DNA of 59,128 bases, filler included. It is 6 parts of 6 records of this genome, joined end to end, with 100 filler letters (N's around TTAATTAATTAA, not from the genome) between each part and the next. Parts side by side here need not be neighbours in the genome. Positions count along the whole stretch, not along the records: positions 41,083 to 48,387 come from DRR723986_6943; positions 48,488 to 59,128 come from DRR723986_6945; 4 more parts are not named here. The stretch is one strand, 5' to 3'. How positions within the stretch are numbered: the stretch's first letter is position 1; every line of letters starts with the position of its first letter. The notes under the pieces are model-generated. The model was given only the letters and a program-made list of their open reading frames with translations, was not told where the DNA came from and did no database searches. Both the position numbers and the translations under genes were made by a program. Shown here piece after piece: positions 47,925 to 57,080 of the stretch.

Positions 47925-48386
47925 TTAGGGTTTGCGCCGGGGCGTGGCGTTGCCGCCTTTGGGCGGGGTAAAGCGTTTTGATGTGTCGCTGGCATTGCTG
48001 CGTTTTGGGCCTGCGGCAGGTTTTGCGCCCGGGCGTGGGGCTGGCTTGCCACCGGGTTTGCCACCGGGTTTGCCACTGGGTTTTCCGCCCGGCTTGCCAA
48101 AGGGTTTTGCCCCACCGGTGGGTTTGTCGCCAAAGCTGCGCCCAGCTGGCTTGCCTGCGGGTTTTCCCCCGGCCTTAGCGGCGCGCGGTTTGCGGCCCTC
48201 GGGGGCATCGCCGCTGGGTTTTGTGCGCTCGAATGCGGGCTTGGCGCCATAGGGTTTCGGCGCGCGGTCTTTTGCGGGGCCTGCACGCTCGGGGCGCTTA
48301 TCGCCGCGGGGCTTGTCGCCATAGGGTTTATCGCCACGGGGTTTGTCACCATATGGTTTATCGCCACGCGGCTTGTCGCCATATGG
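47925..48386 (-). CDS. Basic low-complexity C-terminal tail of a truncated RNA-associated protein (DEAD-box helicase or RluB-type)
   Basis: Hand translation (PYGDKPRGDK)x3...GGKPSGKPGGKPGGKP...NASDTSKRFTPPKGGNATPRRKP*. This frame differs from the listed 47876..48382 ORF. Confidence 0.65.
   Translation of the reverse strand, partial: PYGDKPRGDKPYGDKPRGDKPYGDKPRGDKRPERAGPAKDRAPKPYGAKPAFERTKPSGDAPEGRKPRAAKAGGKPAGKPAGRSFGDKPTGGAKPFGKPGGKPSGKPGGKPGGKPAPRPGAKPAAGPKRSNASDTSKRFTPPKGGNATPRRKP
48297..48386 (-). repeat. 30-bp coding tandem repeat, three copies, running into the gap
   Basis: Encodes PYGDKPRGDK three times with synonymous variation. Confidence 0.85.
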
Positions 48387-48387
48387 C

Positions 48388-48487
48388 NNNNNNNNNNNNN
48401 NNNNNNNNNNNNNNNNNNNNNNNNNNNNNNNTTAATTAATTAANNNNNNNNNNNNNNNNNNNNNNNNNNNNNNNNNNNNNNNNNNNN
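48388..48487. other. Artificial contig spacer
   Basis: N44-TTAATTAATTAA-N44. Confidence 0.98.
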
Positions 48488-48965
48488 CCAGCCGCGCCGC
48501 CCCGCCCCGGGGGGCGAAGCCGATGGCGATCTCGACCATCTGGCGCTCGGCGATGGACAGGGTATCGACCTCGGCATCGGCGTCGATGCCATGGCCTGGA
48601 AAGACCGCGTCCAGCGCTGCCCGGATCTCGGCCCGCGCGGGGCGGCGCCACCCCGGCCCCCTGAGTTCGGGATGCGAGATGCGCAGGTTCTCGGCCACGG
48701 TCAGGTTCGGGCAAAGCGAGAGTTCCTGAAAGACGGAGCGCACGCCCTCCGACCCGCCGGGGAAGGTCACGGTCCCGCCGGAGGGCGCCAGAGAGCCGTT
48801 CACGATGTTCACCAGCGTGGATTTGCCCGCGCCGTTGTGGCCGACGAGGCCAAGGCAGTCGCCGGGCCGGACCGTCAGGTCCACGCCGTCCAGCGCCCGC
48901 ACCGGGCCGAAATGCTTCGCCGCCCCCGTCAAAGTGACGATGGGCGCCCCCTCTGTCGCTGTCAT
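48488..48965 (-). CDS. Sugar ABC ATP-binding protein (RbsA-like, 3' truncated)
   Basis: [26 protein letters not shown] and [12 protein letters not shown] motifs. Confidence 0.92.
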
Positions 48966-49027
48966 GGTCTTCGCTTGCCCCCAAGGCTGTCGCAGGCCCC
49001 CCGCGCGGCGCGCGCGAGGGGCGGTGT

Positions 49028-49072
49028 CAAAAGGTGTGGACACCTTTTGCAAATTTCATCGATGAAATTTGC
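49028..49072. repeat. Composite double palindrome (REP-like intergenic element)
   Basis: CAAAAGGTGT-GG-ACACCTTTTG abuts the perfect 24-bp palindrome GCAAATTTCATCGATGAAATTTGC. Confidence 0.8.
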
Positions 49073-49081
49073 CGTCGCGGC

Positions 49082-50095
49082 TCACTTCGCGTCCGCGATG
49101 ACCTTCTGCGCGTCTTCCAGCGCGTAGGAGACGTTGGCGACCGATCCCTCGGGCGTCGAGGCCAGCGACTCGTCCAGCGTGTCCTGCGTGATCTTCAGGA
49201 AGGGCACCGTCAGGTCCTTCGGGACCTCTTCACCCGCAAGGATCTGCTGCGCCACCCAGAAGGCCAGCGAGGCGACACCGGGCGCGATCGACAACGACAG
49301 CGTCTCGTAGCCGTTGGCGTCGCGCTGCTCGGCCCACCACGCCAGTTCGTCCTGCCGGTTGCCCAGCACGATCAGCGGCGTGTCGCGTCCGGCGGCGGCA
49401 AAGGCCTGTGCCGCGCCATAGCCGTCGCCGCCCTGCGTCACGACGCCCACGATCTCGGGCAGCGAGGGCAGGATGCCCGCCACGGCCTTCTGCGCCACGT
49501 CCTGCGCCCAGTCGCCATGCACCGATCCGACGATCTCGAACTGGTCATGCTCGGCCACGCCCTCATGGATGCCCTTGGATATCTCTTCGTCCACGAAGAC
49601 CCCCGCGAGGCCGCGGATTTCCAGCAGGTTGCCACCGTCCGGCAGGCGCGAGGCAAGGTAGTCCACCTCTTCCTTGCCCATGGCGGCGAAATCCACCGCG
49701 ATCCGCCATGCGCAGGGCTCGGTCACGATGCCGTCGAAGCTGACGACGGTCAGCCCGGCGTCGCAGGCTTCCTTGACCGCGCCGTTCAGCGCCGTCGGAG
49801 AGGCGGCGTTCAGCACGATGGCGTCATAGCCCTGCAGGATCATGTTCTGGATCTGCGCGGCCTGTTCGGTCGCCTGATTCTCGGAAGTGGTATAGGGATC
49901 GGCGGCGGCGACGATGCCGTCCGCGACGGCCTGATCCGCGGTCTCCTGGAAGGTCGAGAGCATCGCCTGCCGCCACGAATTGCCCGCGTAGTTGTTGGAC
50001 AGCGCGATGCGCTTGCCGCTGGTGTCCGCGTCCTGCGCCGAAGCCGCGCCCGCGATCAGGGCCAGCGTCGCCGCGCCCAGAAAGAGCCTTTTCAT
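49082..50095 (-). CDS. Sugar ABC substrate-binding protein (RbsB-like)
   Basis: Signal peptide; IALSNNYAGNSWRQAM, QIQNMILQGYDAIV and VVSFD motifs; GGGAGG RBS. Confidence 0.93.
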   Translation of the reverse strand: MKRLFLGAATLALIAGAASAQDADTSGKRIALSNNYAGNSWRQAMLSTFQETADQAVADGIVAAADPYTTSENQATEQAAQIQNMILQGYDAIVLNAASPTALNGAVKEACDAGLTVVSFDGIVTEPCAWRIAVDFAAMGKEEVDYLASRLPDGGNLLEIRGLAGVFVDEEISKGIHEGVAEHDQFEIVGSVHGDWAQDVAQKAVAGILPSLPEIVGVVTQGGDGYGAAQAFAAAGRDTPLIVLGNRQDELAWWAEQRDANGYETLSLSIAPGVASLAFWVAQQILAGEEVPKDLTVPFLKITQDTLDESLASTPEGSVANVSYALEDAQKVIADAK

Positions 50096-50217
50096 CGTAA
50101 TCCTCCCTGCGCCCTCTCGGGCTTTCTCTTGCGACCGGGGGGGCCGGCTCCTCCAAGCCCGCCTCTCTCCGGTGCCGCGATCGTGGGGCGCGGGCGGCCC
50201 CTCTGTAAAGGCAGCGA

Positions 50218-50257
50218 CCCGCAGAAGTTTTGCGGGGACCCGCAAGAAACCTGCGGG
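50218..50257. promoter_or_regulatory. Tandem inverted-repeat operator CCCGCA-N7-TGCGGG, two copies
   Basis: Sites at 50218-50236 and 50239-50257, 21 bp apart, between the divergent SBP and kinase genes. Confidence 0.7.
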
Positions 50258-50337
50258 TTAGGGTGTTTCCAACCGGCCTTTCAGGGGGCACTCTTGCAGG
50301 AACGCGCAAACCGGCCCCGCGCGTGACCGGAGGAGAC

Positions 50338-51495
50338 ATGGCCGAAGACACGCTGACCCTGCCGCAGGACGCGCTTTGTGCGCGCATCGACAAGACATTG
50401 GCGCGGCGTGGCAGCATCACGCAGGCCCTCGAGGCCGTGTCCGAAGACATCGCCGCCGCGATCCGCTTCACCCATGCGGACATCTGCCTGCTCGACCGCC
50501 CGGGCTGGGTGGTCAGCTACGAGACCGGCATCCGCACGCGATGGTCGCGCGCCTCGGGCCGGCTGGACAACGCGCCGATCCGAGACCTTCTGACCGGCGC
50601 CTGCGACCACATGCTGGCAGAGGACGCCACCGCCGACCCCCGCTATACCTACCCCGGGGCCTCCTGCGAGCCGATCCTCAACCACGCGCTGCGGGCGCGG
50701 GTGAGCGTGCCGATGCGCATCGAGGGGCGGCTGATCGGGACGCTGAACATCTCGCATTCGACGCGCGGCCTCTATGACCTGCGCACCGTCGCGCGGGCGC
50801 AGGCGATCGCCGACGCCATGGCGCCCCATATCCACGCGCTGCATCAGGCGGAGCGCACCCGCCGGGGCGCCCGCGCCAGCGAGGACGGGTTGCGGCAGGG
50901 CGCGCTGGAACTGACCCAGCGGCTGGAGCAGGAGCGCCAGCGCGTCGGCATGGACCTGCACGACCAGACGCTCGCCGACCTCTCGCGACTGTTGCAGGAG
51001 GTCATGGGCGAGGCTCCCCTGCCCCGGGAAGCCCTGGCGGACCGGCTGCGCGACACCATCGACGATCTGCGGCGCATCATCGACACGGCGGTGCCGACGC
51101 TGCTGGATCTCTTCGGCTTCGCCCATGCGGTCCGCGTGCATCTGGAGCGCGCGGCGCCGGGCGACACGCTGACGCTGGTCGAGGACCGGACCGGCGGCGC
51201 GCCAGACCGCCTGCACCCGACCGTGCGGACGGCGCTGTTCCGCATCGTGCAGGAGGCGGTGAACAACGCGGCCCGCCATGCGGATGCGGACCGGATCACC
51301 GTCTCCGTCGACCGTCCCGCGCCGGGCCGCCTGTCGGTCATCGTCCGCGACGACGGCTGCGGCATGCCCGGCACCCCCGACCGCCAGTCCGGTCTGGCGC
51401 ATATGCGCACCCGGGCCCGGCTGATCTCTGCCACGCTGGAGATCACCGGCGGCCATGGCACCTCGGTCGCCATCACGCTGGAGGCTTCGGAATGA
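50338..51495 (+). CDS. Soluble GAF-domain sensor histidine kinase (HisKA_3/NarX-type)
   Basis: GAF motif VPMRIEGRLIGTLNI; ERQRVGMDLHD, QEAVNNAARHA, DDGCG and GLAHMRTRA; no TM segment. Confidence 0.9.
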   Translation: MAEDTLTLPQDALCARIDKTLARRGSITQALEAVSEDIAAAIRFTHADICLLDRPGWVVSYETGIRTRWSRASGRLDNAPIRDLLTGACDHMLAEDATADPRYTYPGASCEPILNHALRARVSVPMRIEGRLIGTLNISHSTRGLYDLRTVARAQAIADAMAPHIHALHQAERTRRGARASEDGLRQGALELTQRLEQERQRVGMDLHDQTLADLSRLLQEVMGEAPLPREALADRLRDTIDDLRRIIDTAVPTLLDLFGFAHAVRVHLERAAPGDTLTLVEDRTGGAPDRLHPTVRTALFRIVQEAVNNAARHADADRITVSVDRPAPGRLSVIVRDDGCGMPGTPDRQSGLAHMRTRARLISATLEITGGHGTSVAITLEASE

Positions 51496-52208
51496 AGGTC
51501 CTACTTGTCGAGGACGACCAGTTCCACGCCTCCTACATGGAAGAGGCGCTGGCGGAGGCGCTGCCCGAAGTGACCGAGATCTACCATGCCGTCCACGGCG
51601 AAGAGGCCGAGAAGGAAGCCCGCACCCTTGGCATAGAGGCGGTGGTCATGGACCTGCGCATGGCCCGGCGCAACGGGATCGAGGCCGCCCGCACGCTTTG
51701 GCAGGAACGCCCCGAGACGCGGATCCTCTTCTGGTCGAACTACGCCGACGAGGCCTATCTGCGGGGCATCGCCGCCATCGTTCCCGAGGACAGCGCCTAC
51801 GGCTACGTGCTCAAGACGGCCCCGAAGGACCGGCTGAAGCTGGCTTTGCGCGCCGTGCTCATCGAGGGGCAGATCATGGTGGACCGAGAGATCCACCGCC
51901 TGCAGCGCCGCTCCGTCACCCCCCGCAATGCGCTGGACGACAGCGAATACGCGGTGCTGCTGGATCTTGCGATCGGGTTGCAGGACAAGCTGATCGCGGA
52001 ACGGCGCGGGATGTCCCTGCGTACGGTGCAGAACCGCCTGTTGGCGCTTTACGACAAGCTGGGCGTCGACGACGACTGCGAGGCGGATCGCCCGCTGAAC
52101 AAACGCGTGCGCGCCCTGAACCGCGCATTGGTCACGCGGACCCTGAATGTCGAAACGCTGGAAGCGGCGCAGCGGGACTTCGAACGCTGGCGGGCGGGGC
52201 GCGGTTAG
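51492..52208 (+). CDS. NarL/LuxR family response regulator
   Basis: VLLVEDD, VVMDLRM, GYVLK and IAERRGMSLRTVQN helix-turn-helix; ATGA overlap. Confidence 0.92.
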   Translation: MKVLLVEDDQFHASYMEEALAEALPEVTEIYHAVHGEEAEKEARTLGIEAVVMDLRMARRNGIEAARTLWQERPETRILFWSNYADEAYLRGIAAIVPEDSAYGYVLKTAPKDRLKLALRAVLIEGQIMVDREIHRLQRRSVTPRNALDDSEYAVLLDLAIGLQDKLIAERRGMSLRTVQNRLLALYDKLGVDDDCEADRPLNKRVRALNRALVTRTLNVETLEAAQRDFERWRAGRG

Positions 52209-52523
52209 GGCTCAAGTGGCGGCTTGCCCGGTGGGCTCGACGCGACTGCGAAGGACAGAGCCCGCCCGCCGATGCCCGGACGGGGGCAGGACGAACGGCG
52301 GACGGAAGGAAACCGGGCGGGCGACGGCGGCAAGGCAAACGCGCGGACGAAAGGCGTCGCGGCGACGTAGCGGGCGACGGCGAAAGGGCGCCGACGGCAG
52401 AATTGCGACAAAGAGGGGACCGCGACAAGGCGGGTGGCGGCACCGCCAAGCAACGGCGGGATCAGCAGGCCGGTCGCACGAACGAGGGTCGCCCGGCTCC
52501 GGCTTGCTGGTCGGCGAAAACGA

Positions 52524-53324
52524 TCAGTCCTCGTGGATGCCGTCGCCGCAGAAGCCTCCGCCCTGATAGACGGCGTTCACGTCATCGGCGGGGGGCGGGT
52601 CCATCTCGGCGTCGATCTTGGCGCGGAATTGCTCGGAGCTGTCCTGCGGGGTCCAGCCGATATAGGCGACCTCGCGGTTGTCCCACCAGGAGGCTGCGTT
52701 GGCCGAAGCCCCGTAGACGATCGGGCACCCGAGGCGCGGCGTGATGAAGATCCGCTCGATCAGCCGCACGAAGTCCTCGTGGCTCATCCAGGTGGACAGC
52801 ATCCGGTGGTTCTTGGGCTCGTCGAAGCAGGAGCCGATGCGCACGCTCGCCGTCTCGATCCCGAACTTGTCGTGATACATGCTGGCCATGGCCTCGCCAA
52901 AGACCTTGGACACGCCATAAAGCCCATCGGGCCGGGTGACGGAGGTCGCGTCCAGCCGCTCCGTCTGCTTGTGGAAGCCGATGGCGTGGTTGGACGAGGC
53001 GAAGATGATGCGCGGCGTCACGCTCGACTTCCGCGCGCCCTCGTACAGGTTGAAGACGCCGTCGAGATTGGCGTTGCGGATCACCTCCCACGGCGCTTCG
53101 ACCGATTGCCCGCCAAGGTGCAGGATCCCGTCGCAGCCGTCGACCAGCCTTTCCACGGCAGCCTTGTCGCCCAGATCGCAGGGCATCAGTTCCTCATGCG
53201 CCTGTGCCTCGCCAAGGTCGTCCCGGTCCGACAGGCGGATGGTCTTGGCCAGATGCGTCAGCCGCGCGCGCATCTCGCGCCCGAGGTTGCCGTTGGCTCC
53301 GGTGATCAGAAGTCGGTTCAGCAT
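52524..53324 (-). CDS. udh: Uronate dehydrogenase (extended SDR)
   Basis: LLITGANGNLG, HLGGQSVE, FASSNHAIG, RPDGLYGVSK, RMLSTW, WWDN and YQGGGF motifs. Confidence 0.88.
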   Translation of the reverse strand: MLNRLLITGANGNLGREMRARLTHLAKTIRLSDRDDLGEAQAHEELMPCDLGDKAAVERLVDGCDGILHLGGQSVEAPWEVIRNANLDGVFNLYEGARKSSVTPRIIFASSNHAIGFHKQTERLDATSVTRPDGLYGVSKVFGEAMASMYHDKFGIETASVRIGSCFDEPKNHRMLSTWMSHEDFVRLIERIFITPRLGCPIVYGASANAASWWDNREVAYIGWTPQDSSEQFRAKIDAEMDPPPADDVNAVYQGGGFCGDGIHED

Positions 53325-53341
53325 GGTCTCTCCCCTGCGTA

Positions 53342-54163
53342 TCAGCCCCGCCCGATGGTTCGGGACAGGAAATCCAGCACCTTGCGGCGCATTTGTGGTG
53401 TCTCTTCGTGGCCTGCACCGGCGGCGGTGCAAAGTTCAAGCCCGTCCGACCCGCCATAGGCCGCGCGCAGCCGCGCCAGCGCGCTGCGGCGCGCCGCCTC
53501 GGGGGTCAGGGCGTCGGTTTCGCCGTGCCAGACAAGCTGCGGGCGGGGCGCGACGAGGCCCGCGACCTCGCCCATGTCCGCATGTCGCAGAAGGCCCGGC
53601 ACGGTCATGTAATGGTTGTGCTTGTCGAAGGACCCGTCGCGGAGCATCGGGCCGATGTCCGCCAGCACACAGAGCTGCGCCACGGCGGCGACGCGGGGTT
53701 CCAGCGCCGCCAGCCAATAGGCGTGGGTGCCGCCCATGGACAGCCCAAGGGTCGCGATCCTCCGGGCATCCACCTTCGGATGCGCCGCCAGAAAATCGAA
53801 GCCTGCCTGCAACTCCCCCAGCATCCGGCCCATCAGCGTGCGCCCCTGCCAGAGCGCCGCCTTGGCCAGCGCGCCCTCGGACCCCTCGGCCTGCCGCGCG
53901 CCGAAACCCGGCATGTCGATGCACAGTACCGCGTAGCCCGCCGCCAGCAGGTCGGGCGCATAGGGCCCCTGCAGGCAGCGCCAGCCCTCGGTCAGTTCAC
54001 GCCGCCCGAGCGCGTATTGCCCGCCGTGCAGATGCGCATAAAGCACCGCCGGAAAGGGGCCCTCGCCGTCCGGCACGAGAAAGCTGTGCTCGGGCGGCAG
54101 GGCTTCGGGCTCCAGCGCCAGAAGGCGGCGCAGGGTCGCGCGCAGGGCGTCGGGGTCGGTCAT
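53342..54163 (-). CDS. Dienelactone hydrolase-like / esterase alpha/beta hydrolase
   Basis: GPFPAVLYAHLHGG, IDMPGFGAR, RIATLGLSMGG, LVAPRP and AGHE motifs. Confidence 0.85.
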   Translation of the reverse strand: MTDPDALRATLRRLLALEPEALPPEHSFLVPDGEGPFPAVLYAHLHGGQYALGRRELTEGWRCLQGPYAPDLLAAGYAVLCIDMPGFGARQAEGSEGALAKAALWQGRTLMGRMLGELQAGFDFLAAHPKVDARRIATLGLSMGGTHAYWLAALEPRVAAVAQLCVLADIGPMLRDGSFDKHNHYMTVPGLLRHADMGEVAGLVAPRPQLVWHGETDALTPEAARRSALARLRAAYGGSDGLELCTAAGAGHEETPQMRRKVLDFLSRTIGRG

Positions 54164-55338
54164 GTGTAGCCCGTCGATCCGTCCGGGCGCGTTGGCAGCT
54201 TGCGCTCCCAGTGGATGTAGCGGTCGGTCTTCAGGTAGTCCTCGTCGATCTCGACACCCCAGCCGGGCCGGTCGGGGCGGTATTCGAGGTGACCGTCCAC
54301 CGGCAGGTAGGGGTCCATGACGTAGCCCGCCGCCTCGTCGACCTGCGCCAGCTCGCGGCCAAGGAAGGCCGAGGTGCCGGGCAGCCGGTATTCGAGGATC
54401 TTGAAGTTCGGACAGGCGGCGGCGAAGTGCAGGTTTACCGCCGTGGCCAGCGGCCCCATCGGGTTGTGCGGCGCCACGGGCACATAGAAGGCCTCTGCCA
54501 TCGTCGCGATCTTGCGCATCTCCAGCAGGCCGCCGACGGCGCAGATGTCGGGCTGGATGATATCGGCGCCCGCGTGCTGCAACAGCCGCAGGAACTCGAA
54601 CTTGGAATACAGGCTTTCGCCGGTCGCCAGCGCCACGCGAAGCCCCTGTTTCAACCGCCCCCATGCCTCGATGTTCTCGGGGCGCATGGGTTCTTCGTAG
54701 AAGAGCGGGTGGAAGGGCGCGAGCGCATTGCCCAACTGCTGCGCCTGCCACGGCTCGAAGAGGCGCGCGTGGGCGTCATAGGCGAACTCGAAGTCCGGGC
54801 AGAGCGTCACGACCTCTTCGACCCAATCCACCGTCTGCGTGATGACCTTGCCCCATGGCTCGGCATGGATGTCGGCGCGGTAGGGCGAAAGCTTGAAGGC
54901 GTTCAGGCCGTAGGCCTCGTTCGCCGCCGCGCAATGGTCGCGCACCTGTTCCGCCTCCGGCGCGGAATAGACGCCAAGGTAGACGCGCACCCGGTCGCGC
55001 ACCGTGCCGCCCAGGAGCTGGTAGACCGGCACGCCCAGCGCCTTGGCCGAGATGTCCCAAAGCGCGTGGTCGATGGCGGACATGGCCGCCAGGCCCAGCG
55101 CACCGGGCGGAAAACGCGTGTGCTGGTAGAGCTTCAGCATGATCCGCTCGATCCGGCGCGGGTCCTCCCCCTCGATCTGGCCGAAGAGGTAGTCGAGCAG
55201 CGGCGGCAGCGCGCGGTCGGGGCCGTGGTTGTAGCACTCGCCCCAGCCGGTGATGCCCTCGTCGGTGTCCAGCGCCACGATGACGCGCGGGCGGTTGCCG
55301 TCGCGCGCCATGAAGCTGCGCAATCCGGTGATCTTCAT
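54160..55338 (-). CDS. Mandelate racemase/MLE enolase superfamily sugar-acid dehydratase (DgoD-like)
   Basis: TDEGITGWGE, AIDHALWDI.AK.LGVPVYQLLGG, DAH, EEP, ATGE, QPD and APHNP motifs. Confidence 0.92.
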   Translation of the reverse strand: MKITGLRSFMARDGNRPRVIVALDTDEGITGWGECYNHGPDRALPPLLDYLFGQIEGEDPRRIERIMLKLYQHTRFPPGALGLAAMSAIDHALWDISAKALGVPVYQLLGGTVRDRVRVYLGVYSAPEAEQVRDHCAAANEAYGLNAFKLSPYRADIHAEPWGKVITQTVDWVEEVVTLCPDFEFAYDAHARLFEPWQAQQLGNALAPFHPLFYEEPMRPENIEAWGRLKQGLRVALATGESLYSKFEFLRLLQHAGADIIQPDICAVGGLLEMRKIATMAEAFYVPVAPHNPMGPLATAVNLHFAAACPNFKILEYRLPGTSAFLGRELAQVDEAAGYVMDPYLPVDGHLEYRPDRPGWGVEIDEDYLKTDRYIHWERKLPTRPDGSTGYT

Positions 55339-55344
55339 GCCGCC

Positions 55345-56220
55345 CTACCCTGCGAAGCGCGTCTGCGGCACGCCCTTGATGCCCAGCCCCTCGATCGAGA
55401 AGAGCGAGCCCGCCTCGGGCTGCGCCGGGTCGTCGGGCACGCCCAGCGAGGTCACGTAGAGCACGTCCAGCCCGGCCCCGCCGAACATCGGCTTCGACGG
55501 CTTCTCGATGGGCATGTCGACGGTCAGGATGATCTCTCCCTCGGGCGAATAGCGGTAAAGCTGCCAGCCCTCGATGCCCGCCTGCCAATAGCAGCCCTCG
55601 GCGTCGACCGTGCCGCCGTCAGGCCGCCCCGGCAGATCGCGGGTGTCGCGGAAGACGCGCAGCGCGCCGGGCGTGCCGGTTTCGCCGTCGTAGTCGCAGG
55701 CCCAGATGGTGCGCACCCGGGCGTTGCTGTCGGAGTGGTACATGGTCTTGCCGTCCGGGCTGAAGGCCAGCCCGTTCGTCGTCCAGATGCCGCCGCGCCA
55801 TTCCGTCACCGTCAGGTCCGGGTCGAGCCGGTAGAAGGTGCCGCGCGCCTCGGGCTCTCCGCCGTCCTTCATGGTGCCGGCCCAGAAACGGCCCTGCGCA
55901 TCGGTCCCGCCGTCGTTGAAGCGGTTCTCGGTCAGATGCGCCTCGGGGTCGTGGATCGCGGTCTTCTCGCCGGTCTCGGGGTCCCAGAACCAGAAGCCGG
56001 ACTTGGTCGCCAGAACCATCCTGCCCGCCTCGCGCAGCGCCAGACAGCCCACCGGCTCACCGATGTCATGCGCGCGGTTCTCTCCGGTCGCGGGGTCGTA
56101 GCGGTAGACGATGCCGGCGGGGATATCGACCCACCACAGCACGTTCTCGCGATCGTCCCAGACCGCCCCCTCCCCAACCCGGCTGCGCGTCGGTGCGACG
56201 CAGGTGATCGTCAGTCCCAT
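55345..56220 (-). CDS. SMP-30/gluconolactonase family lactonase
   Basis: VGEGAVW, RFNDG..D.QGRFWAG, NGLAFSPDG and PDGGTVDAEG motifs. Confidence 0.93.
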   Translation of the reverse strand: MGLTITCVAPTRSRVGEGAVWDDRENVLWWVDIPAGIVYRYDPATGENRAHDIGEPVGCLALREAGRMVLATKSGFWFWDPETGEKTAIHDPEAHLTENRFNDGGTDAQGRFWAGTMKDGGEPEARGTFYRLDPDLTVTEWRGGIWTTNGLAFSPDGKTMYHSDSNARVRTIWACDYDGETGTPGALRVFRDTRDLPGRPDGGTVDAEGCYWQAGIEGWQLYRYSPEGEIILTVDMPIEKPSKPMFGGAGLDVLYVTSLGVPDDPAQPEAGSLFSIEGLGIKGVPQTRFAG

Positions 56221-56954
56221 GAACCCTCTCCCTTGAATACCCGCCTCTGCGAGCGGTCGATATGTGCGACCATGGCCGCCCGCGCGGCCTTTGCGTCGCC
56301 AGCCTCCAGCGCGCGCACGATGTCCTCATGCTCGCCGGTCATCGCTTCCTTGCCGCGAGCGTAACCGGTGCTGCCCAGCGAGCGCACGAAGCGCCCGATG
56401 AAGACCATGTGGGGCCGCAGCATCGCCACGCTGTCGACCAGAAAGCGGTTGTCAGACAACTGGGCGATTTTCGTATGGAATTGCAGGTCGGGATCTATGG
56501 TCGCGGTCCCCACCTCGACCAGCGCGGCCATATCCGCCATGTAGCCGCGCAGTTCCGCCACATCCTGCGCGGTGGCGCGCGTCGCGGCCAGCGCGGCGGT
56601 CTCTGCCTCGAGCATCCGGCGGAACCCGAAATAGGCGGCGATGTCATCGACCGAATCGAGCGGACCAAAGCCGCCGTCCCCGGTCTGCACCCCGCTGCTG
56701 ACGAAGGACCCGGCCCCCTGCCGCGACACGATCAGCCCCTCTTCGCGCAAGCGCGCGAGGGCACTGCGCAGCACGGGGCGAGAGACGCCGTATTCCTGCG
56801 CCAGTTCCATCTCGGACGGCAGCCGGTCGCCCAGGCGGTAGTCACCCGAGCGAATCGCTTCGAGCAGCTTGCCGAAGACATGATCCTCCAACCGCCCAAC
56901 GCTGCGGTCCCTGCCCTTCTCGGCCTCCGGCCCGTTTGTCGCAATGCCCGTCAT
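56211..56954 (-). CDS. FadR/GntR family regulator
   Basis: GDRLPSEMELAQEYGVSRPVLR..QGAGSFV; DLQFH and EHEDIV FCD motifs. Confidence 0.94.
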   Translation of the reverse strand: MTGIATNGPEAEKGRDRSVGRLEDHVFGKLLEAIRSGDYRLGDRLPSEMELAQEYGVSRPVLRSALARLREEGLIVSRQGAGSFVSSGVQTGDGGFGPLDSVDDIAAYFGFRRMLEAETAALAATRATAQDVAELRGYMADMAALVEVGTATIDPDLQFHTKIAQLSDNRFLVDSVAMLRPHMVFIGRFVRSLGSTGYARGKEAMTGEHEDIVRALEAGDAKAARAAMVAHIDRSQRRVFKGEGSWD

Positions 56955-56999
56955 GAGTTCCTCGATACCACCGCCAGTGAACTTACAACATGAAAAAAT

Positions 57000-57017
57000 A
57001 TGTTTGACAAGTTGTCA
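57000..57017. promoter_or_regulatory. FadR-type operator overlapping a TTGACA -35
   Basis: ATGTTTGACAAG (TGT-N3-ACA) and palindrome TGACAA-G-TTGTCA (57005-57017) in the divergent intergenic region. Confidence 0.6.
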
Positions 57018-57080
57018 CGCAAATGCAGGACTACGGGCGTCGAGGCGCATAGCCCGACACCCAGGGAGGAGAGAGAACCG

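Noticed and set aside
48040..48387. Possible CRISPR array
   Set aside because: The repeats are contiguous and codon-phased with synonymous variation, have no unique spacers, and no cas genes are present.
52209..52523. Purine-skewed intergenic region with GCGGGCGACGGCG twice and short ORFs
   Set aside because: Low-complexity GC-rich spacer between convergent genes, with no convincing coding or structural signal.
52936..56364. 1142-aa plus-strand ORF, and similar long ORFs at 14801-17161, 57015-59075 and 7558-8706
   Set aside because: Antisense shadows of well-supported genes in high-GC DNA, with no family motifs.
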